Shown here one piece after another: positions 53,670 through 64,000 of a stretch of 64,000 nucleotides of DNA. Position numbers and translations under genes: made by a program. This stretch comes from Octopus sinensis. Taxonomy: Eukaryota. Location: contig NC_043009.1 of the NCBI RefSeq assembly GCF_006345805.1, positions 39,122,001 through 39,186,000 on the forward strand, given 5' to 3'. Under the pieces are notes generated by a model. That model was not told the origin of the DNA and ran no database searches. It was given only the letters and a program-made list of their open reading frames with translations. Positions within the stretch are counted from its first letter, which is position 1. The number at the start of each line of letters is the position of its first letter.

Positions 53670-53866
53670 TGTTAGCACAAGACCAGCACTTTCGGGGAAG
53701 GAGATACGTCGGTCACATCGACCACATTTCTGAACTGGTACTTATTTATCGACCCCGAAATTATGAAAGTCGATCTCGGCGCAATTTCACCTCAAAACGT
53801 AAAGACGGACGAAATGACGCTAAGAATTTTGTGCAACGTGCTAACGATTCTGCTAACTCGCCGCCT
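53670..53866 (-). mobile_element. SINE family A between two (AAT)n tracts
   Basis: Family A core and head in reverse complement. Confidence 0.8.
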
Positions 53867-53870
53867 TATA

Positions 53871-53929
<59 letters not shown>

Positions 53930-53933
<4 letters not shown>

Positions 53934-54240
53934 TCCCTGGCTTACCATCCCTACAAGAAGTGCAAAAGATTGTCTTAACTGGTACATCACACGTATTGAG
54001 AAGAGCATTGTCGATGTGAGGACCGTTGCTGCTCATGTATTTTAATTTAACTTGAAAAAAAAAAAAAATGAACGAACAATTGAGTTTGGTTTAATGGCCT
54101 ACCAATGTATACTATGAGTTTCTTTGCCCTAGGAGTCGGGAAGACACTCGGCAAGAAATGGAAGCAAATTTGAAGGAAGAAAAAAAAAATAATAATAATA
54201 TAATAATAATAATAATAATCATAATAACAACAATGATAAT
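53930..54240 (+). mobile_element. R4/Dong-like LINE extreme 3' end within (AAT)n
   Basis: Encodes IPGLPSLQEVQKIVLTGTSHVLRRALSM*, the QK.vl.gt..ilR..L C-terminus typical of REL-endonuclease LINEs; (AAT)n on both sides. Confidence 0.75.
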
Positions 54241-54983
54241 AATGTACAGATATATGATAATGATAATAAAAAAATGAAAAATATTCTGAGAACAGTCAAT
54301 TCACTCAAATACACAAATACAAAAGAAGAAAAAGTAGAAAAATACGTATAAAATGCCCACATCCCGAAAAAATATATTATCAATAGATTACGAAATCTTA
54401 TAAGCACAAATAAAAGAGAAATAATTATATAATTCCCCTTCAGTCAGAATAAAAGATGGACGTTATAGATTTTTCGATATAACAAAAGTTACACAAAATT
54501 ACTCAACCGTAACCGATGTACTAGAGCTAGACAGAAAAAATGTTTAGAATCTATTCTGTAAATGATATAAAATATATTAGATTTACTCTTATACATACAT
54601 ATCTTACAGTTCTCCCTCTATCAGATTTTTGAAATTGCGTAAAATATTCTTGTATAATTTGGTGGTATTATATTCGTATAATAACTTCCCTTGCTCTACT
54701 CTTCTCTCAAAATGTGTGAATGCAGATCCAATACAGCCGACGAAATATAACAATTCCTTCAATGGTCTTTCTTTTCGTTTGTTTTTTTTTTGCTTTTTTT
54801 GTTTTTTTGTTTTTTTACTGCTTGGAGCAAGAGGAGAACAAACGAGTAAAGATATCAATAACGAATGCAAAAAAAACAAAACAAAAAAAACATAGGTTGC
54901 AATTCTGTCCGATAATTTAATTAACCTCCACACAGTATCATCGTCTTCTCTCCACCTTCATTTCCTATTTCTTCTACTTCATT

Positions 54984-55010
54984 ATCATCATCATCATCAT
55001 CATCATCATT

Positions 55011-55072
<62 letters not shown>

Positions 55073-55093
55073 TATCATCATCATCATCATCAT
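54984..55093. repeat. (CAT)n microsatellite followed by a (CCT)-rich tract
   Basis: Directly visible; explains the poly-Met ORF. Confidence 0.95.
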
Positions 55094-56067
55094 AAACTTC
55101 TTTTTCTTCTTCATTTTCTCCACCACCTCCTCCTCCACCAGCTGCTCCTCCACCACCTCCTCTCCTCTTCTTGCCTTCCTCTCCTCCTGCTCTTCCTCAC
55201 CTCCGTATCATCCCTCTTCCCTCTCATATATGTGTACAAATATATATGCATATCTATACTTATTAAATGTTATCCCTGCAAGATTTGATGTTATATATAT
55301 GTGTATGTATACATATCTGAACTCCAATGTGTGAGTGCTTACATGTGTAATAAATAAATACATATATGTATATAAGTGTTAGTGTTTTGTGTATGCATAT
55401 TTGTGTATGCATGCGTATATATATACATATATACATCTGTGTGTGTGTGTGCTTGAGTATGTATGTCTTTGAGTGTATATATATATATATACATATATAC
55501 TCATGCTACACCGCATACAATGAAGTGGAGAATAGTTGAAAAGTTCAACGGATCAGACAATGTAAGCTAAGCGTAGCTGAAAGAATACAGATCCTTTTAA
55601 GGTTTAAGAATCCCAGTTCTAAAGTATATGAATATGTTTCTGTTGGCGAATTTTGAAAATACCACCTTCCCCAAGTTGAACAGCTTTAGATCCCTATCCA
55701 TTCAGCCTTATGACTTTATAGTTGAAGAAGGCATAATTCTAATCTTCCTACACATTTTTCAGTTATTTTTCTTTGTTTTCTGGTGTTTTCAACCTTCCAC
55801 ATATTACATCTACTACCTTCTAACATTTTCCCGTATTTTCTCTTACCTTATCGTCCTTTTCTAGCTTGTTATGCAATGTGGGCAGAGCCTGAGGATTGTG
55901 TGAAGGCACCAGAAGTGTTAAAACATGATGTCTCGGTTGTTTTCATCGCATGAAACTATTAGTAGCACATAAGAATATATAATGTTTTAAAATAATATTT
56001 ATCTCTCACCAGATGGAGTACTTTTGGTTAATCGTACCAACAGGGAAGATTACACAGTACTATACTA

Positions 56068-56071
56068 TACT

Positions 56072-56135
<64 letters not shown>

Positions 56136-56353
56136 ATATGCATGTATATATGTATATATGTATATACGTATGTATGTGTATATATATATGCACACAAAAA
56201 TGATATAACGTTTATCAAAATTGCTCATAAATGTGCTCTGTATATCTTAAGCAGTAATATATATTACTAACTATATTATTTAGCTAAGCACCATACTGGA
56301 AGCTGATTGAATGATGATAGTCAGCATGGAACTCAAACGGTAGTAGTCATACA

Positions 56354-56393
<40 letters not shown>

Positions 56394-56503
56394 TATATAT
56401 ATATTATATATATATATGTATATATATATATATGTATATATATGTATATATATATATATGTATGTATGTATGTATATATGTGTGTGCATATGTATATATA
56501 TAT

Positions 56504-56585
<82 letters not shown>

Positions 56586-56586
56586 A
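56068..56586. repeat. Compound (TA)n/(CA)n microsatellite blocks
   Basis: Directly visible. Confidence 0.9.
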
Positions 56587-56989
56587 ACATTGCATGCGTT
56601 ATCTTGAATATGGTGAAAGACAGATGCAGAAGGGAAAACTCTAACAGACACATCGAAGTTAGGCTATAAGTGAGGACACTCCAGTAATTTTTCTTCTAAT
56701 CGAGTTAGATCTAAAAGCAAGTATCATATTCTGTGCTGGCTGTAACTTCATCGTTTCCAAGCTGACCTACCGTCATTCTATTTATCGTAGTGTTTCTATT
56801 TTGAGATGTGGATATGGTTCTTTCTATTTTCAATAATTTCCTTTGCAACAGTACTTCTCATATTTCTAAAAATTTATTGGACTCTCTTCCAAGAAAACAT
56901 TTGTCAGTATTGGCTATTTTGGTAGTGCTTCCACCAAGTTTAATTTTACATTTACCATATATTTCAAACATAAGTAGAGAGATGGAAAG

Positions 56990-57020
<31 letters not shown>

Positions 57021-58904
57021 GGGAGAGAGAGATACAGAGACAGAGAGAAATATTAGTTTAATATATAGAAGTAACTACATTGATTTATAACATTATACAG
57101 TCTTAAGTCTTTACTAATATATGCTCTGTATCTGATTTTCACTAAAACAGTGTAGCAAAATGTCCATGATTCTCTTGTAGTTTGACTGCTCAAGACAAAC
57201 TAGAAAAACAAAAATCCACTAAAGCAAAAAAACAAAAAACCAAGAAGAAAAAGATGTATCCAAATACAAATGGTTATTATGAGAGATTATTTCAGATGGA
57301 CAAAAAACAGAAAACAAGAAAGTGAATATAAAAGAGAAAAATGAGTCAAGTAACTTATTTGCAATTTATAACTTTTTTTTCATTCATTTCGTGTTTGCTG
57401 ACTGTATGCATCCATCTTGATCAGTCGAATCATTCTAGTGAAACCCATATCTACATAAACTATTGATTATACTGGATCTTGCAATCGTAAAGACAAGAGA
57501 GAGAGAATGAAAGCAAATGCGGATTTATGACTTTCTTATCGTTTCTGTTGTAATTATCGAATAGTTAGTGGTTCAAACCCATTCTGGGAGGAACAGACAT
57601 TTATTTATTTCAAAAGAAGTCAATATTTGTTCATCAAATCCGGCAGAAAACTACTGCAACACAGTTTGGTTAAATACATTTTATTGACGTCAACAAATTG
57701 ATTGTAGGGTTAGATTTTATAGGGGCACAACATATGTATCAAATCCTATTTCCCTTTCTTTACAAATATATGATGGCTAGTGTCTTGAAAGAAGTCATCG
57801 GTTCTCAAACTGACAAAACCCCAAACACCAACCTTTCCTCAAATCACATTGGAAGTTTTGAACCCCAGGTTATTTACGAAAAAACAACATCTACTTTGCA
57901 TCTTTCTCCCATGGTATTTGGACAAGTTAAAACATTTGCAAGCCATTTCTATAGCACCTTGTCAGCCCATTTCCAGAGGTGGCTAGTTCCACTTTCTCTT
58001 GTAAACCACTGATGCAAAACGAAACAATACAGAGACATTATTAGACCACTTAAATCTGAAACATATCAAAGCTAATTTTTTTTTATCAATCTCATGTATA
58101 AAATAATGGATTTTGTGACTAATCCTTTTACAGACACTGCTATTTCTCCAAGTAGAACATGAAAATATCAATGTCCGATTTACCAGACTGAAAAAGTAAA
58201 TACTGCAGTCATTTTATTCGACTGAATTCATGAATGTGATACGCCAGCATGACCACTATCCGATGACTGAAGCAAGGACAAGAAAAGATGAAATACTGAC
58301 GCAATATTAATCAGCAAAATATATTCTAAACCTCAGTTATTGTTCCACACAAATGCACTAAGACAAATATCTTGTAACATAAAATTGATATTCAAATAGA
58401 TATTTTCCACATACGTGGCAACTTTTTGCTCTGTTAGCTTTAGTTAGAATATCTGATATAAGGTTTATTAGTATAGGATTCATAGCATAGCACTAATGTG
58501 TTCACACTAGACAGATGGTGCGTAATTAGTGAAGGTTTATTTGTCATGGCTTCACTATCAAACTGTAATCTGTTTACACAAGACAGATGGAACCTAATTG
58601 CACATGATTTATATCATAATTTGATAATCAAATGTATTAAAGTTAGCTTTCTCCGCAAAGATATGATACGTTAAAGTTCTATCGTGTCTACCTATAATCA
58701 TCCGATAAAATTAAGTTAGTTTACCAAAGTTTCGTTAGGAATTTTACTGAAGGCAAATAAGAAGTGTCGAAATTTTCGAGATATTTCCAATATATTCGTA
58801 AATCAGAATGTGTTTCAGTTATGCAAATACCCAGCATGGTACAGGGAGATTTGGAAAGAAATTATTCAACAAAGGAGTGATCATTATTGGTGAAGATGGT
58901 TATG

Positions 58905-59390
<486 letters not shown>

Positions 59391-60004
59391 TCATAAAATA
59401 TTATCTTTCGCATCAGAATCAAGCTAACGCAAAATTTAAAATGAATGTACGGTTGTTTAGGTTGCAAATTACAGGCATTTTACTTCAGATAACACGTTTG
59501 AAACCCAGATAAAAAGGCTGATCCTCTGCAGAGAGTGCATTATTTAAGCTACTCGCGTATAAGTATAGCATCGTAGCTTATACCTTGTCCTCACAAATTG
59601 TTTTGCGTGAATATGTAGTCGCAACAGTCGTGGACACCGTCTTGAGTGTTCCACACTTGACCTAGTAGCACTTAGAATATTTAATAGCAGCAAGGAAAGA
59701 AACATGTACTAGCATTAGACTAGTACTAAATTCTAGTTGAACAGATAAGAGCAGCTTGAAATACTGTATCTTAACCAAGGTGACAACTGGTTCATCGCTC
59801 CGGGGATCGAATTTTACTAGCGTTGAATTTACATCAACGCCAGAGTTTTTTCTTCTAATATACTGAAATTATAAAGTCGTAAGCGAGTCTGTCTTAGAGA
59901 AGCACTTCGTTATATAGAAGAATGTACAAGTGAATCCTCATCGAGAAAGTAGTTGACATACACTTGTATACAAGCGATTCCTCTTCGAAAATGTAGCTAA
60001 TATG

Positions 60005-60290
60005 TTTCTTTATTAGCCACACGGGGCAGCACACAGACGGGACAGATTACAAAGTAGAGCTTTTCTTTTTGGGGGAAAGAAAAAAAAAGGTGGGGTAGGT
60101 TTTCGATCAAAGGGGATCGCAAAAGGGAAAGAAGAAAAAAAGGAAAAGAAACAAAAAAAAACGATCAATAACGATCGTGTATCACAGTGTCATGATGTAA
60201 AGTGTAAAGGGGAAGCAGATAAGGTTTATCCGTGGGAAGAAAAGCCTACGAAAAAGACCACGGTAACCTCGGTCAATATTGTTATATGTT
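60005..60290 (-). mobile_element. Solitary LINE-like 3'UTR fragment related to the Tx1 3' end
   Basis: Minus strand ends CTGTCCCGTCTGTGTGCTGCCCCGTGTGGCTAATAAAGAAA, similar to 51032-51094 and to SINE tail 1. Upstream boundary is a guess. Confidence 0.55.
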
Positions 60291-63200
60291 ACCACATTTG
60301 TTTGCAAGTAGGTAACCCTCTGTTTTAAATTTTCCGGTTCATAGGATTATGCTCAAGGTGGCTGACGTACCACAATGTGAAAGAAGTAATCTTGCTACAT
60401 ACAAAGTCCTTAACCTAAATTATATTCCTGGTTCAAGTCGAATATTTCACTTACATTGTTAATGTGATCGGATAAGGCATGATTATTGAATCCTTTCATC
60501 ACTATACTTCTATACAGATGTTTGGCTATTATCAATCCTCATATCAGTTTGTGGTTACCCTTCTCTATAAATTTGTAGTTTATGTCCCTAAGTAAGAAAT
60601 CGATAATTGTAAACTAATTAAATTTTATATTTAGTTGAATTAAATTTCGAGATTTATCAATATTCTTTATTAGAAGAAACAAAACAAAACAAAACAAAAC
60701 CAAAAGCATTAACATTAAAATAAAAACCCATAAAATACTAGTATTTAGTTTAGAAAATTTCTTATTTAAAAAAATAAAAGCGCTTTAATTTTAGCGTCTA
60801 AAGCAGACGATATATAAATAATGGAACAAAATGTAATCACAAAATACGCAGACAAGTATATAGCACATTTATACATTAATATACGGATCAATACGTAATT
60901 AGAATTTTTCTGTTTTATGTCATTACAAAAATAAGAAAGGAAACAAAATAATTCAGGAAAACATCCACATTTTCATTAAAAAAAAAATCTTGAAAATATC
61001 TGAATTACAAAAAAAAAAAAAAAAGAAGCAGAAAAATGTGGAAAGTAAAATTAAATACTTGAATCAACTAAACATCTACTACCATTTTTCAGCTCTAATT
61101 TGTGTTAGAAAAGTCGATTTCTACACAGTTTTATTATCTCTTTAGTTGTCAGTGTAAATATGAGACTATGAACGTTTTATCGTCTTTACCTCTTTTTTTT
61201 CCGAGTCTCTCAAGTTTCTAATAAGTTTTCAGATCACGGAAGGTTGAGAGTTGTAATTGTAATTGACAGTAAATTAAAAAAAAAAAAAAACCCAGAAAGA
61301 ATGAAAAGAAACAGAGCTGCAACTTGGTGAAACAACAGATTATCGTATGGCCCCCCCAGCTAATGGTAGTGAATAAGAGTAAGAGGTTTAATCCATTGCT
61401 TGGTTTAACGCCACCACTTGGCACTCGAGTGGCTTTAGGTGGCTACAAGTATGTGGATATGATTTTCAACTGCATTCTCTAGTGGAGGATCTGGTTCAGG
61501 GTTTCTAATATTTTGAAGAAAATGGAATCATTTCTTAGCCACTACTGTTGTAGATCTACTTTGACCCGGACTAGTAGAACCTGCAAAGGTCACAACTGAT
61601 GTTTATTAGCATATCAGGTAATTGGATCCGGAATAAAGTCGCTCACAGATACGCCAACGAACCCAAAGCAGATGAGACGGTTTAGCTCTTTTGTCGGTTG
61701 TCTAAGAGAAGGTAACTCCATACAAATCTTGTATCCTGGTAACTATTGGGCTCCTTCTGCTTGCTGCACTAGACCAATACAAATTTGAAGGACGAGAAAG
61801 TGGAACTGGATCTTCTCAGTATAACAACACATTCCTTCTACCCTATAGGGTAATTTACCAAAACTTTTTAAAAGGCCATGGGAGTAAACCCTTACAAAAA
61901 TCCGCAGGTCGAGGCACTGTTATACTAAACCATTATCCAGTATCCTCTGCAGCTCCATGGATGCTGCAAATGTATTGACTTGTTCCATCGTGAGTGGAAA
62001 GGTGGTAATTGTATTTTTGGAAGCAGCCAAACACAGTAGAGATAGCTAATTTACTTTCTCTGCAATACCACTGACAGACGACGAAAAAGGCGAACCAACT
62101 TCACTCTTGCAAGATTCAAACTAGTTCTTCGTTCACATTATTCCATACCCACTGAAAAGGTATATAGGCGCTTTTCCTTTGATTGATCCCATTGCAAAGA
62201 AGTAAAAGCAATTTTATAATTTATATTGTTTACAGACAACTTATGCGTGTAATTGAAGTATACAGTGTTTTAACTTATGAGACGTATATACTGTGTAATT
62301 TTCAGTGGGTATCAAAAGCATTGTCAATGTTCGCGGAGAGAGTTTACTTCTTCTATAGATGTGTATTTACAAGATTTCGTTCAAGAGAATCTGCATTATA
62401 TTTTTAATATAAAAATATTGTTTTCTCAAAAAAACTGGCATGAAGTACACATAATTTTGTCACCTATGTTTACGCTTAGTTTTCAGAAATCGCCTTCTTG
62501 GTGTGAAACTAGTGCAACAACGTCAGTGAATATCTAAAAAGAAGTCATTATTTTGTTACGGCTTTTGAATTTGATCGGTATTTAAGACTACAAAGCAGCC
62601 CCTGTTTGCAATAACAGCAATCACTAATGAGCGGAGGTGAGGTCGGTTGTTTGGCCAAATAAACGTAGAAGGCAAGGCATTGATATTGTATTGATGACAA
62701 CGACCATTCAATTAACATAGTCATTGTAATTACCTAACATCATTGATTAATTCCCATTTCGCAACTAATCTAACGCAGCTAAGGTTCTTTTATCCTAGAC
62801 AGACTATTTGCAATTATGAGAATTTCGGTTAGCAGAAACGGACGATATTGGTATATGTTCCTTGACAAATATATTTTGGAAAGTAATGAGTTAGAGCGAC
62901 GGACACAGAATTGGCTTCATTAATTCAGGGGTCTAAAAGTCAAAGGCAACACTAGCAACGCAGTTACATCTAAATTAAACATGTTGGTATGTAAGTACGT
63001 ACGTACAAGTGTAAGTAAGTAAGTAAGTATGTATGTATGTAGACAGTTAGAAAGTGATTCAATCGCCGAGAACTTGGTTTCAGTAAATATGAACGTTGTT
63101 GATTAAAAAGAAAATTTAAAATGTGTACGTTTATATATATATATCATCATCATCATTGTTCGACCGTGGTCGAGACTTTCATAGTCTTTTCAAATGGCTA

Positions 63201-64000
63201 ATAATGTGTGCGCGCGCCACTACTACACACATTGGAAAGCATTGTACAGCCAAGTACTAAAGAAGATCTTTCCTCCTCCATGAAACAAAGCTGTTCCCGC
63301 TGGACGTCAACCCAGTATTTCTAAGCTACGGACCGAGTGATTTATTGTAAGGTTATCTACTTAGATAGATTGCCTCCACTACGGCCAAGGAGCCCTTTCT
63401 ACCCCATATATATATAAACCAGCTTAGAGAAGAAGAAGAAACGAAACGAAACAAAATATATCTACTCTCATATATTCAGTTCATTCAGTTATTTTTCCTG
63501 CCTTCCATTCACCCACCCTCTCTAATATATATATATGTATATACACATAGCATAATTAAATCTCAGAATGAGATTGAAACAGTAATCGCTCGATAATGTA
63601 AAGTATAGAAGCCATCTTATCATGGGTAACCACATAGGGGAGGGGGTGTTACTGTAGCTTTAAAGCCCCAAGAGATCGTCGTCTCTAGCTGGCTTTAGAC
63701 ACCATATCAGTGCCTTTGAATTTTTTGCAAAGAGAGGCCATCCCTTCCTCGCAAGCCTGAGTGATACGCTCGGACTAGTTTCGGGATTTTTGTCCCTTGT
63801 CAACGGGCGGTAACCACCAGGTTGCGATGAAAGTGAAGGCCTCCTTGCAAAATATATAAGAGTTTTTCTTATATAACTGCTGCATTAGTTGAGTATATAA
63901 ATAGTTTGGTTGATATCTTCTCTGGAGACTGAGAATAATGTAGATGTCTCTGATGAGAACCCAGTAAGGTTCGAAAATCAATAGAGGTTGTACGTAATTT

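Noticed and set aside
61370-62170. GC-richer stretch that may be an old LINE fragment (also ~300-660 and ~63150-63960)
   Set aside because: I could not recover diagnostic protein motifs by eye; this needs RepeatMasker or tBLASTx.

Overview
AT-rich eukaryotic (animal) genomic DNA, most likely intronic or intergenic and, from the repeat families I recognise, probably from an octopus or other cephalopod (recognition from memory, not a database result). I cannot support any host protein-coding gene. Almost all ORFs in the supplied track are translations of (TA)n/(CA)n/(TATG)n/(TAA)n microsatellites or TE debris. The window is a dense mosaic of at least three tRNA-derived SINE families (here A, B, C), fragments of RTE, Tx1/L1-clade and R4/Dong-like LINEs, an internally deleted mariner, two fold-back MITEs and a non-autonomous Helitron. 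The most interesting region is 25.2-30.2 kb. It holds a 5'-truncated Penelope-like element (RT thumb + GIY-YIG) bracketed by 164-bp inverted repeats carrying a minimal type-I hammerhead ribozyme, a tRNA-headed short element with its own decayed hammerhead tail, and a ~390-bp near-perfect palindrome. The second theme is that one SINE 3' tail matches the 3' end of the Tx1-clade LINE in the same window, and that (AAT)n/(ATT)n microsatellites act as strand-specific landing pads. Paired repeats that differ only by single-base indels suggest residual assembly indel errors. Coordinates and alignments were done by hand and may be off by a few bases.
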